This document shows positions 38,053 through 48,700 of a DNA stretch of 64,000 nucleotides, in pieces (the stretch's first letter is position 1; the number at the start of each line of letters is the position of its first letter). A model generated the notes under the pieces. It did no database searches, was not told the DNA's origin, and was given only the letters and a program-made list of their open reading frames with translations. Made by a program: the position numbers and the translations under genes. The stretch comes from an uncultured Acidobacteriota bacterium (lineage in GTDB: Bacteria > Acidobacteriota > Thermoanaerobaculia > Gp7-AA8): the NCBI GenBank assembly GCA_963741955.1, contig CAVUKB010000006.1, positions 288,001 to 352,000 of the forward strand, given 5' to 3'.

Positions 38053-39443
38053 GATGCCTTTATATCTTCGATGCACATCTGCATGCGATCGAGATGGGTG
38101 CGGAACGAGAGGACGCAGATCCGGATCACGAATTTCCCGCCGAGCATGGTTCCGGTCAGATGCACGCGGTTCCGTTCGTTGATGCGCTGCATCAGCGTGC
38201 GGTTGAGTGCGTCGAGATCCTCCGCTCCTTCCGGCACCCAGCGGAACGCGACGATCGACAGCTGCGGCTCGGCCACGATCTCGATACCGTCGATCGTCCG
38301 CAGCTCGTCCGTCACCCATCTCGTGAGTTCGAGCTTCTCTTCCAGGGCGGCGCGGAACGGTCCGATCCCGAGCATCTTCATCGGCAGCCAGACGCGGAGG
38401 CCGCGAAAACCGCGGGAGAGCTCCGGCGAGATCTCGCAGAAGTCGACGAAATCGCGTTCCTCCTGCATCGGCGGCATGTAGTCCGCCCGGGAAGTGTGAG
38501 CGCGCCGCAACGTCTCGAGATCGCGCACCAGCAGCGATCCCGTTCCGTAGGGAAGGAAGAGCCCCTTGTGCGGATCGAGAGTCACCGAGTCCGCCTTTTC
38601 GATCCCGCGCATCACGCGACGTCCTCGCTCGGTCAGCATGAAGAACCCGCCGTAAGCGGCGTCGACGTGCATCCAGAGGTTCTTTTCCTTCGCCAGCGAT
38701 GCGATCGCATCGAGGTCGTCGACCGCGCCGCTGTTGGTGGTCCCGGCGCTTCCCACCACGAGGAACGGCGTCCTTCCGTCGCGAGCATCCGCGTCGATCG
38801 CATCTGCGATCTCGTCGAGCCGGATTCGGTAGCGCTCGTCCGACGAGATCTTCCGGATGTTGCGCTGCGGAAAGCCGGCGAGAATGGCCGCCTTCTCCAC
38901 GGAGTGGTGCACCTGATCGGACGCGTAGATCGTGCCGCCCAGAAAGTCTTCCGGAAGACGATCTCGGCGTGCGGCGACGACGGCCATGAAATTCGCGAGG
39001 GACCCGCCGGTGGTGAGCACGCCGCCGGAGGTCTCCGGAAGGCCGACGATTCCGCAGAACCAGCGGGTGACGTTCGCTTCGAGCTGCACCAGCGCGGGCG
39101 CCGCGGCCCACACCCCGACGTAGCGGTTGAACGAGTCCGAGATCAGGTCGGCGACCGCGGTGTGAAAGAGTCCCCCTCCGGGAATGTACGCGAGGTATCC
39201 CGGACCGGCGGCGTTGAACGACTTCGGAACGGCGCGCTCGAAGAGGAGGTCGAGGAGCTTGCCGTATTCTTCCGGCTCTTCCGGAATCGGTTCAACCAGC
39301 GCGCGAGCGACCGCGGCGGTATCGTCCGTATCTGCTGCCCGCTGCCGCGGCAGCGACTCGACGTGCGGTACGATGCGTTTCATCGCCTCGTCGACGAGGC
39401 GCTTCATCTGTTCGGGATCGGGCTCGAGAGGATATCGACTCAT
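38043..39443 (-). CDS. group II PLP-dependent (aromatic amino acid) decarboxylase
   Basis: TGGSLAN, AGTTNSGAVD, HVDAAYGG and DPHK (PLP lysine). Confidence 0.92.
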   Translation of the reverse strand: MSRYPLEPDPEQMKRLVDEAMKRIVPHVESLPRQRAADTDDTAAVARALVEPIPEEPEEYGKLLDLLFERAVPKSFNAAGPGYLAYIPGGGLFHTAVADLISDSFNRYVGVWAAAPALVQLEANVTRWFCGIVGLPETSGGVLTTGGSLANFMAVVAARRDRLPEDFLGGTIYASDQVHHSVEKAAILAGFPQRNIRKISSDERYRIRLDEIADAIDADARDGRTPFLVVGSAGTTNSGAVDDLDAIASLAKEKNLWMHVDAAYGGFFMLTERGRRVMRGIEKADSVTLDPHKGLFLPYGTGSLLVRDLETLRRAHTSRADYMPPMQEERDFVDFCEISPELSRGFRGLRVWLPMKMLGIGPFRAALEEKLELTRWVTDELRTIDGIEIVAEPQLSIVAFRWVPEGAEDLDALNRTLMQRINERNRVHLTGTMLGGKFVIRICVLSFRTHLDRMQMCIEDIKASSI

Positions 39444-39545
39444 GGGTCTCCAGAGGGCGACAGAGAGTGTGATGCGCGGACCCAGCTTCGCGTGTCAGCA
39501 TATAGGACTCTCCGCGCCCGCGGCGAGTCCGGCCAGGAGAGAGGC

Positions 39546-40355
39546 GTGAAGCCGATTCCGTGGCGAGAGCTCCCCGGTCCGGTTCGTGTCGCGAGTGGAG
39601 GTCTGACCCTCTCGCTCCGTCAGTTCGGTCGCGGGCCACGTACGGTGATGATCCACGGCGGGCCCGGGCTCGACCACCATTTCATGCTGCCGCTGGCGAT
39701 GGAGCTGCGCGACGACTTCGAGCTTCTCCTCCCCGATCTCCCCGGCCACGGCGGATCGCAGACGACGCCCTATCGGGCTCCCGGACTGCATCAGCTCGTG
39801 ACGCAGCTCGACTCGTGGCTCGAGCACGTCCCCGGCGGATTCGACTTCGTGGTTGCTCACTCGTTCGGTGCATGGCTGGTCCGCCATCTTCTGCGGCAGA
39901 GGAAGATCGATCCCAGGGCGGTCGTACTGATCACCCCTCCGGCAGCGAGCGCACCTCAGGGGACAGCGGTCCGATTCATCGCCTCGCTCGATCACGCCGG
40001 CACACGAGACGACGTTCGATCGCATCTGGAGAACGAATGCGGGGCTCCACTCGGCGCGGAGGAGGAGCTGCTTCTCGACCACGCGCTCCTTCGCTCGCCT
40101 GGCGCTTACCGCGCGCTTCTGCGCAATCTTCACCGGCACCTGGCCGGCCCGGTCCGTCACTTCGATCCCCGACGGCCCGTTCTGGTGATCGCGGGCTCCG
40201 AGGACCGGACCACCCCGGCGCCTCAGGCGACCATCGTCGCGAACTCGATGAAAGGCGCGCGTCTTGAAGTGGTCGAAGGAGCCGGTCACTATGTGCTCAT
40301 CGACCGTGCGGCCGAGTGCGCAGAGCTGATCCGGCGCTTTCTCGCCGAAGTGTGA
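39546..40355 (+). CDS. alpha/beta fold hydrolase
   Basis: HGGPG, DLPGHGGS, AHSFG, GSED and GAGH. Confidence 0.88.
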   Translation: MKPIPWRELPGPVRVASGGLTLSLRQFGRGPRTVMIHGGPGLDHHFMLPLAMELRDDFELLLPDLPGHGGSQTTPYRAPGLHQLVTQLDSWLEHVPGGFDFVVAHSFGAWLVRHLLRQRKIDPRAVVLITPPAASAPQGTAVRFIASLDHAGTRDDVRSHLENECGAPLGAEEELLLDHALLRSPGAYRALLRNLHRHLAGPVRHFDPRRPVLVIAGSEDRTTPAPQATIVANSMKGARLEVVEGAGHYVLIDRAAECAELIRRFLAEV

Positions 40356-40362
40356 ATTCGAT

Positions 40363-40944
40363 ATGAGCTGGCCCGTCCTTTCGCCTTTCGTCCTGACCCC
40401 TGCCCTGATCTTTCTCGCGCGCATCTGCGACGTCTCTGTCGGGACGGTCCGTATCATCGCGCTCTCCCGCGGCCAGAGACTCCTCGCTCCGTTCCTCGGC
40501 TTCTTCGAGGTCCTGATCTGGCTGATCGCGATCCAGCAGATCTTTCAACATCTCGACAATGCCGCCGCATACATCGCATACGCCGCCGGATACGCGACCG
40601 GAAATGTCGTCGGGATGTGGCTCGAAGACCGGCTCGCACTCGGCCTCATCGCGGTGCGCGTGATCACGAACGAGGACTCCACCGATCTGATCGAGCGCCT
40701 CGGCGCCGCCAAGTTCGGGGTCACCAGCATGGCTGCGCGCGGGGTGAGCGGAAACGTGAGACTCGTCTTCATGGTCATCCCGCGGAAGATCGCCAGGCGT
40801 GCACTGGAGATCGTCCGCGAGACTCATCCGAAGGCCTTCATCTCCATCTCCGACGTCCGCTCTGCGAGCGAAGGTCACTTCCCGGCAATGGAGGGACGAT
40901 TCCCCGACATGCGCTTCCCGGGGTTTTCGAGAAAATCGAAGTAG
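40363..40944 (+). CDS. DUF2179/UPF0316 family membrane protein
   Basis: IFLARICDVSVGTVR, FFEVLIW, YAAGYATGN and HPKAF. Confidence 0.88.
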   Translation: MSWPVLSPFVLTPALIFLARICDVSVGTVRIIALSRGQRLLAPFLGFFEVLIWLIAIQQIFQHLDNAAAYIAYAAGYATGNVVGMWLEDRLALGLIAVRVITNEDSTDLIERLGAAKFGVTSMAARGVSGNVRLVFMVIPRKIARRALEIVRETHPKAFISISDVRSASEGHFPAMEGRFPDMRFPGFSRKSK

Positions 40945-41177
40945 GGACACGAGAGTGCGGGACCGCCACCGTGCGAAATCAGACCACCTGACGACATGCG
41001 AAGGCCCGAGGGGCGCGGATCCTCTGATCCGCCTCGAGAATCGTGTTCGGAGCGCATCGGGACCACGACTCAGGTCAGAAGCGAAGCCCCCCTGACCGCA
41101 GACGCTGAACGAAGTGACGACCTTCGGACTGTCCGATGCCGACGACGGTACCTTCCAGTCCGGAATTCGAACCGGTT

Positions 41178-41969
41178 TCAGTTTCTCTTCTGATTGTTTT
41201 CGAAGAAATCGAAGTCGATCGACAGGGCGGCCGCAAAAACCACCGCGCGCTTCTCGACGCCCCAGCCGTCGTTTCTGAACTCGAGCCGGAACTTGTCCGC
41301 GTCCGTGAAGTACTCCTGCCCGAGTCCACTCCACTTCTTCCGGATCTCCGCGCGCGTGACGCCTGCGGCATCGAGAACGGGGAAGGTCCAGATCTTGAGG
41401 GCCGGACTGACGATGCGCGCGAAGAGAGCGCCATGGCCATCGTACAGATCGTACGTCCGGCGCACCCACGCGAAGCGTCGCTCGACTTTCCCGAGCCTTC
41501 TCCCGTCAGGAGTGGAGACGGTGAGCTCGGAGAAGAACCAGTGGAAAGGTCGGGTCAGTCGCAGCACCAGCTGCGACTCGTCGGCGGAGAGAACGGCAAG
41601 ATCGAGCGGCCGGTGCGAACCGAGGAACGAGCGGGTCATGGCGGCTCCGAAGCCGCGGCCTTGTTCGACGACCATTCCGCGGGTCATCCTCATGCTGTCG
41701 CGGATCGTGTATTCGTTCGCCTGTTCCCAGTTGGTGAGGATCTCCAGCCATTCCCGTCTCTCCTGTTCGATCCGCAGAACGTCGTTTTCGAGCAGAAGGC
41801 GATCGAGAGGATCGGTGTAGACCGGTCTGCCGTGAAACATCATCGGCGCTTCCGGCTCCGCCTGCGTGACGGCACGCTCCTCCGGTGGCCGGTACTTCGC
41901 GAAAACGATTCCGCAGAGCTCACACTCGAGACCGGCCGGCTGCTCGTGGCTGCATTGTGGACAGATCAT
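41178..41969 (-). CDS. phospholipid scramblase-family protein with N-terminal zinc ribbon
   Basis: CPQC...CELC; LRLTRPF, IRKKWSG, FTDADKF and IDFDFFE. Confidence 0.85.
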   Translation of the reverse strand: MICPQCSHEQPAGLECELCGIVFAKYRPPEERAVTQAEPEAPMMFHGRPVYTDPLDRLLLENDVLRIEQERREWLEILTNWEQANEYTIRDSMRMTRGMVVEQGRGFGAAMTRSFLGSHRPLDLAVLSADESQLVLRLTRPFHWFFSELTVSTPDGRRLGKVERRFAWVRRTYDLYDGHGALFARIVSPALKIWTFPVLDAAGVTRAEIRKKWSGLGQEYFTDADKFRLEFRNDGWGVEKRAVVFAAALSIDFDFFENNQKRN

Positions 41970-42086
41970 GGAACGATCTTACCGGACTCGGCGCTGCAGC
42001 GGGTTGCGGGCGAGTCCGCACTCCTCGGCTCGAGTCGCACTCCTCGGAGAAGCCGCGGGACCTGCAGGCGTCCCACAACCACCGAC

Positions 42087-42902
42087 CTAAGACGCCGCGA
42101 CGGTGAAGTAGATCCACGGCACCTCGACGCGCTCGTCGGGATCGATGCTCTCACCCGCCCGCTCCAGGATCTCCTCCCGGAGCGAACCGTCGAGCCCCGG
42201 CGTAATGGGCTCGATCATTGCCGGAATCTCCATCAGCTCCATCAGCTCATGTTGAGTCCCGTGGTAGACGAGGCGCTCCATCGCATCGAGACGGAGCGAG
42301 GCCTCAGTGAGCATCGTCTCGAGACGTGGAACGGACACAGTCGCCGCGTTGCGCGGAAACGGCCGTCCCGACACCCGCTCGACCGCGCGTGCGAGCGCCA
42401 CCTGGAATGAATGGATCGGAGCGTCTTCACCCTCGACCCGTTCAGCCGGGATGTTGAAGACGAAGCTGCCGTGGCCCGAAAGAAGTCGCGAAACGGCTTC
42501 GAAGATGGGCCGCAATGCCGGAAACTGCCAGATCGCCGCATTGCAGAGAACCCGGTCGAAGGGGCCGCTCACGACCGACTCGACATCCGCGGCGCCCGCG
42601 ACTGCGAATCGAACGCGCGGATCCTGCACGTGCATTCGCGCGACCGAGACCATCGCGTCCGAGCCGTCCACCCCGACCAGCTCCGCAGATCGCGGCAGCC
42701 GCGAGAGCGCCGCGATCGAAGTTGCACCGGTTCCGCACGCGAGGTCGAGGACGCGCCGCGCGTGCTCCAGACGCGCGAGCTCGACCAGCCGGCGGTTCAG
42801 CTCGCGGTAGATCGGGAACTCCAGCACGAAGCTGTGGTAAACCTCCGCGTTCAACCACCCTTTCCAAGGCGACGTCGGTCTCACGGGGGGAGAGTCTCGC
42901 AT
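42087..42902 (-). CDS. class I SAM-dependent methyltransferase
   Basis: VLDLACGTG motif I; start uncertain. Confidence 0.85.
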   Translation of the reverse strand: MRDSPPVRPTSPWKGWLNAEVYHSFVLEFPIYRELNRRLVELARLEHARRVLDLACGTGATSIAALSRLPRSAELVGVDGSDAMVSVARMHVQDPRVRFAVAGAADVESVVSGPFDRVLCNAAIWQFPALRPIFEAVSRLLSGHGSFVFNIPAERVEGEDAPIHSFQVALARAVERVSGRPFPRNAATVSVPRLETMLTEASLRLDAMERLVYHGTQHELMELMEIPAMIEPITPGLDGSLREEILERAGESIDPDERVEVPWIYFTVAAS

Positions 42903-43389
42903 CTCTCGAGCCTGGAGCAAAGTCCCCGTGGCCTCGCACTTGCTCCGCGTGCCGAGGGAGACGTCGATGAAACGATTCTTACTCTCCATCGGGATGCTGC
43001 TTCTGATCGCGTCGCCGTGTGCCGCGCAGACGGCGGGGAGCTGGAGCGCGATTCTTTCCGCCGACTGGATCTGGAAAACCGGAACGAACCGGCCCGATCT
43101 CTTCCCCGACGGACAGCAGAACTTCGTCATCCTCGACGTCGGTCTCCAGTCGGGAGGGGGAGGCGGCGGCGCATTGAACTACCGCTTCGCGGATCGATGG
43201 TCGGCCGAAGTGCGTACGTCGGTTCTGTGGCTCCATGCGCATTCGATCGTCCGCCGCGGCGACGCGATCGGCAACGTCGATCTCGGAAAGGTGCGGGTGT
43301 ATCCGCTCACCGCCGTGCTTCAGTACCACTTCGCTCCGATCGGCAGCGTCACTCCGTACATCGGCGCGGGAGGCTCCTGCATCATCGTA

Positions 43390-43569
43390 GCCCGCATTTC
43401 TCACATCATCTCTGCTGCGGAGACGGATAGCGGCCTGTCTGCTGCGTTGCACCCCTGCTTCGGCTCCTCAACATAGTCACCACTATGCCTTCGTCGCCGA
43501 AGCGGGGTACGCCTTGCATCCAGGCTGCTCTCCGCTTCCTCGCGACGAGATGGTGTGAGAAATGCGGGC
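43390..43569 (-). mobile_element. hairpin MITE family B (180 bp), inverted copy
   Basis: TIR GCCCGCATTTCTCACA ... TGTGAGAAATGCGGGC; flanked by TA on both sides. Confidence 0.85.
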
Positions 43570-43571
43570 TA

Positions 43572-45164
43572 GGAGTCTGCGCGGTAGAAACCCGGTTCGC
43601 GGCAAATCGGCATGATAAAAGGTGAATGGTTAGTAGTAACGATAATATGTTAAGATTAGGTCATGCCGACCACGTATAGGCCATACCGACCGGAGCAGTC
43701 GCTGCTGCTTCCGCCCTCGCCATACGAGTGGCTCCCTGAGGGTCACTTGGCGCACTTCGTTTCCGACATGATCGATCAGCTTGATCTGAGTGCATTCTAC
43801 GAGCGGTACAAGGGCGACGGCAGGCGGAAGCAGCCCTACGAGCCGAGGATGATGCTCAAGTTGATCACCTATTCGTACCTGACGGGAACGTTCTCCTCGC
43901 GCAAGATTGCCCGGCGGATCGATGAAGATATCGCCGTCCGGTATCTTGCAGCCGGGAACTTTCCATCGCATCGGACCATCTGCGACTTTCGGCTTGAAAA
44001 CGTGGACGCATTCAGCTCATTGCTGGTCCAGATCATTCGGACCGCTCAGGAGGCAGGGTTAGTTACGCTCGGGAGGATCGCAATCGACGGGTCGAAGGTG
44101 CGAGCGAATGCCAGCAAGCACAAGGCGATGAGCTACGATCGGATGAAGAAGGAAGAAGCGAAGCTCGAGAAGGAGATCGCGGAGATTTTGGCCACAGCGG
44201 CGGAAGAGGATGCCCGGGAGGATGCCGAGTACGGGGTTGATCGACGCGGGGATGAGTTGCCCGAAGAGCTCCAGCGCCGGGAAACACGCATCCGAAAGAT
44301 CAGAGATGCACGAGAGCGACTCGAACAGCGACAGCGGGAACTGGACACGAAGGCTGGTCGCTCCGAAGGCGACGATGATCCGGCCAGGAAGAAGGGTAAG
44401 CCATTCAAACGGAAGTTCGGCGTACCTGAGGACAAAGCGCAAGAGAACTTCACCGATTCCGAGAGCCGAATCATGAAGTCCCAGGAAGGATTTCAGCAGT
44501 GCTACAACGCGCAGATCGCAGTCGATGCCGATAACCAACTCATCGTCGGATTCGAGATCACACAATCTGCGGCGGACAGCGGATCACTCGTGCCTTTGGT
44601 CGAGGTGGTCGAACAGAATTGCGAAACAAGCCCCGACCAGGTTGTTGCCGACACCGGTTACAAGTCGGAAAGCTCGTTCATCGAGTTGGAGGAGAAGAAG
44701 ATCGATGCGTATGTTTCTCTCGGACGAGAAGGCAAAGAAACCGCAGCTGAGACGACGCTCCCCGCTACTCTGCGGATGAAGCAGAAGTTGGACTCACCTG
44801 CAGGCAAGGCGGTCTATCGCCGGCGAAAGGCGATCGTTGAGCCGGTGTTTGGCTGGGTCAAAAACGTTCTCGGCTTTCGACGATTCAGTCTCCGCGGGAC
44901 GCGCAAAGTTGCCGGCGAATGGGCTCTGGTGTGCCTGGTGATCAATCTGAAGCGAATGAGCGCTCTGGTTGCGGTCGAATAGCCCCGGCAGAGCAGTATC
45001 CAACCCCGAAAAGTCCCGCCGAGCAAGTGTTTCGCGCTGCCACCTCCCCGAGAACGGCTCCATCAACCCCAAGGCGCTTCGATGGCCCGGTTCTGCCGCT
45101 CGCGAGCGGACGTCACCCGAGATCATCAGGAAGCGCCGAACTTACGTCCTATCGCGCAGACTCC
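43572..45164 (+). mobile_element. IS1182-family insertion sequence (1593 bp)
   Basis: TIR GGAGTCTGCGCG(G/A)TAG at both ends; TA on both flanks; single transposase ORF. Confidence 0.92.
43663..44982 (+). CDS. IS1182-family transposase
   Basis: EWLPEGHLA, YEPRMMLK, SSRKI, IDGSKVRANAS, TDSESRIM, ADTGY and YRRRKAIVEPVFG. Confidence 0.95.
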   Translation: MPTTYRPYRPEQSLLLPPSPYEWLPEGHLAHFVSDMIDQLDLSAFYERYKGDGRRKQPYEPRMMLKLITYSYLTGTFSSRKIARRIDEDIAVRYLAAGNFPSHRTICDFRLENVDAFSSLLVQIIRTAQEAGLVTLGRIAIDGSKVRANASKHKAMSYDRMKKEEAKLEKEIAEILATAAEEDAREDAEYGVDRRGDELPEELQRRETRIRKIRDARERLEQRQRELDTKAGRSEGDDDPARKKGKPFKRKFGVPEDKAQENFTDSESRIMKSQEGFQQCYNAQIAVDADNQLIVGFEITQSAADSGSLVPLVEVVEQNCETSPDQVVADTGYKSESSFIELEEKKIDAYVSLGREGKETAAETTLPATLRMKQKLDSPAGKAVYRRRKAIVEPVFGWVKNVLGFRRFSLRGTRKVAGEWALVCLVINLKRMSALVAVE

Positions 45165-45166
45165 TA

Positions 45167-45327
45167 GGAGTCTGCGCGATAGAAACGTCCGTAGCGAGAA
45201 AGCGGAGCAACGAGGCCAAATTCGTTCGGATTTGAGGTGCGTAGCGGTGGCTACTCGCCGAAAATCCGGGCGGATTTGGACCGTTGATCCGCTTTCGCAG
45301 TAGGACAGTTTCTACCGCGCAGACTCC
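45167..45327. mobile_element. hairpin MITE family A, copy 2 (161 bp)
   Basis: Same TIRs as the adjacent IS1182; TA flanks. Confidence 0.9.
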
Positions 45328-45329
45328 TA

Positions 45330-45508
45330 GCCCGCATTTCTCACACCGTCTCGTCGCGAGGGGGCGGAGAACGGCCTGGATACAAGGTGCGCGCAGCTTC
45401 GGCGACGAAGGCATAGTGGTGACTATGTCGAGGAGCCGAAGATGTGCACAACGTAGTAGACAGGCCGCTATCCGTCTCCGCAGCAGAGATAGTGTGAGAA
45501 ATGCAGGC
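45330..45508 (+). mobile_element. hairpin MITE family B (179 bp)
   Basis: TIR GCCCGCATTTCTCACAC ... GTGTGAGAAATGCAGGC; TA flanks. Confidence 0.85.
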
Positions 45509-45795
45509 TAGGAGCGTTCGAGAACGGCGTTCCCGGCGACGGAGGTCTCGGTGACGACACCGGACTGGTGCTCAACACGGGGCTCGACGTCCCGATGGGA
45601 AGACAATGGGGAGTCAATCTCGACGCGAAGTACATCCCGATCGAATCGGGAGCCGGGTTCGACGACGGGCACGGCTTCCGGCTCGAGCCCACCATCGCGT
45701 CCGCGGGCGTAAGATACACGTTCTGATTCCTCCTCATCGCGGCTGTGGCGCGTTCGATCGGTCACCGCACGGGCGGAATCGATGGAGATTCGCAC

Positions 45796-48700
45796 GTGTC
45801 CGAGCGACCGAAAGAGACCCCGCCAGGATCCCCGCGGCGCCAGCTCCGCGAGTTGCTCCGGCTCCTCTATCGCAACACGGGCGAGATCTTCGCCACCGGT
45901 CCGGTGCAGCTCTACATCGCCCGTTACTCGAATGGCGGGGCGTACTGGGTCAGTGACAACATCCGTGCCCTGACCGGTTTCGAAGAATCGATGTTCACCA
46001 GCTCCTACGACTTCTGGACCTCTCGGCTCCATCCCGACGACCGGAGGTCCGCGGTCGACGCGATCACCGGGCTCGCGCGCGGAGAGACGGTGACCATCGA
46101 ATACCGGTGGCTCGCTCGTGACGACACCTATCGGTGGTTTCTCGACCAGTTCGTACGCATCGATACACCGGACGAGCCGCTCCTGGTCGGAGCAGTCATC
46201 GATGTGACCGAGTCGCACGAAAAGGCCGAAGAGCTGATCGCCGCGAATCAGAGGCTCGACGCGGTCTTCGAGGCGTCGCCGTACGCGATCATCGCGATCG
46301 ATTCCCACGAGCGTGTCCAGCTGTGGAACGACGCCGCGACCCGGATGTTCGGCTGGAGCCCGGAAGAAGCGATTGGAGAGAAGCTGCCGACGATTCCCGA
46401 GGAGCTCCGGGCGGAAGCGGACGAGCTCCGGCGGCGTGCCAACGGCGGCGAGCGGGTCACGAACTTCGTGACCCGGCGACGCCGTAAGGATGGATCGGTC
46501 TTCGACGTCTCACTCTCGGCCGCACCTCTTTTCGACCGCCATGGACTTCCGGCCGGGACGATGGGAATGCTGGTCGACATCACCGAACAGAAGGAAAAGG
46601 ACGATGCGCTCCGGTTCCAGGCCAGTCTTCTCGGCGCAGTCAACCAGGCCATCATCGTGAGCGATCCCGACGGAAGGATCGTCTACTGGAACCGCTACGC
46701 AGGGGAGCTGTTCGGGTGGACCGCCGGTGAAGCACTCGGCCGTGACGTGGTGGAGCTGACCGTGCCCGAAATCTCGACGCAGCAGGCCGCCGGGATCATG
46801 GACGCGCTTCGGCGCGGTGCGAGCTGGCGCGGCGAGTTCACCGTGCGCCACCGCAGCGGCAGGCCCGTACCGCTCCTCGTGAGCGACTCTCCGATCCTCG
46901 ATGACGAAGGCCGCCTCACCGCAATCGTCGGCGTCTCGGTGGATCTTTCCGAACAGCAGGCGGCAGACGAGGCGCTTCGAAGAAGCGAGGAGCGGTTCCG
47001 CGCACTCTTCGAACAGAGCCCGATCGCGACGTTCCTCTTCCGGGCGGTGGATCGCGATTTCGAGTTGATCGACTTCAATCCCGCCGCGCGCGAGCTCACT
47101 GCGACCGTCCCTCCTCCTTACCTCGGGATGCGTGCATCGGAACGATATGCGGAATACCCGGCCGCACTCGAGGACATGCGCGCCACCGACGAGACGGGCT
47201 ATCCGCGAGAAAGAGCGCTCGAGTACGTTCTTCCCGACGGACGGAAGCGCGCGATCTTCGTGAATTTCGCGCGGGTGGATCGCGGACTCCTGATGCTGCA
47301 CGTTCGCGATCTCACCGAGCAGAAAGCCACGGAACAAGCCCTCCGGTTCTCGAATCAGGCGCTCTCCGCGCTCTTCCAGGCCTCGCCGGTCGCGATCATC
47401 GCACTCGACCGTGAGCGGAACGTCCAGGCGTGGAACGCGGAAGCGGAACGGATGTACGGATGGCGCGCCGAAGAGGTGAACGGCCGTCCGATTCCCTTCC
47501 TCACCAGAGAGCAGACGCACGGCCCCGATTCCCTGATCTCGAAAGTCCTAGGGGGAGAAGGAGTGACGAATTTCGAGCTGTCCAGGCCTCGACGGGATGG
47601 TTCGGAAGTGGTCGTCTCGCTCTCCGCGAGTCCGCTTTTCGATAGTGAAGGCCGGATCTCCGGACTGGTCTCGGCTGCAGTGGACATCACCAGCAGAAAG
47701 GCGATCGAAGACGAGCTCCGCGCCCGGGCGGCCCAGGAATCAGCGGTCGCAGAGATTGCGGAGCTCGCGCTTCAGGGGTCCGATCTCGAGCGGCTGATGA
47801 ATCGCTCCTGCGAGGTGGTCGCAAACGCGCTCGACGTCCGTTTCAGCTGGATCGAAGTTCCTCTCCCGGACGGAAGGCTCGAAATTCGTGCCGGTACCGG
47901 ATGGCGAAAGAAGGGAGTCGGGCGGAGCCGAACCTCCGGAGGAATGGAGTCGCAGGGAGGGGTGACGCTGAATGCCGGAACGCCGATCGTCTCCGAGGAC
48001 GTGATGAACGATCCACGGCTCCGCCCTTCTCCGATTCACGAGCGCTACCGGATCGTCAGCGCAATGAGTGCGGTCATCCCCGGACGAGAGCGTCCGTTCG
48101 GCGTGATCGAAGCGAACGACACGGCAAAGCGTTTTTTCGCGGAGCACGACGTGAACTTTCTGGTCGCCGCAGCTGGCGTCCTCGGAACCGCCATCGAGCA
48201 CCTCCAGTCGCAGGAAGCGCTGGCCGATCGCGAGGCAACGCTCCGGCTCCTCATCCAGCAGATCCCCGCGGTGGTCTTCACGACGGATCTCGAGATGCGT
48301 CTGACTTCGAGTATCGGTCTCGGGATGCCCGGAGGATCTTCTCCCTTCGCCTCGATCGGCCGGAGACTCGGAGAGATCGCCGGCGACAATCCCCAGGCCG
48401 GCGCAGCGATCGAAGCTCAGACGCGTGCATTCCGGGGCGACCCCACTCGTTATGAAGTCCTCTGGCGAGGGCGGGCTCTGGAAGTCCACGTCGAACCGTT
48501 CCGGACCCAGAGCGGAGAGATCACCGGCTCGGTCGGAGTGGCGGTCGACATCACCGAACGGAAGCAACACGAAGCAGAGTTGCAGGAATCGCGAGAGCGT
48601 CTGCAGGCGCTCTCGACTCGTGTCCTGACCATTCAGGAGGACGAGCGGACGAGCATCGCACGCGAGGTGCACGACGAGCTCGGACAGGCGCTGACCGCAC

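Larger units (their letters stand above)
42967..45726 (+). pseudogene. OmpW-family outer-membrane protein, interrupted by four stacked elements
   Basis: Joining 42967-43389 to 45511-45726 restores a 212-aa ORF (signal peptide, PLTAVLQYHF, TPYIGAG, NLDAKY, terminal GVRYTF). Confidence 0.9.
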
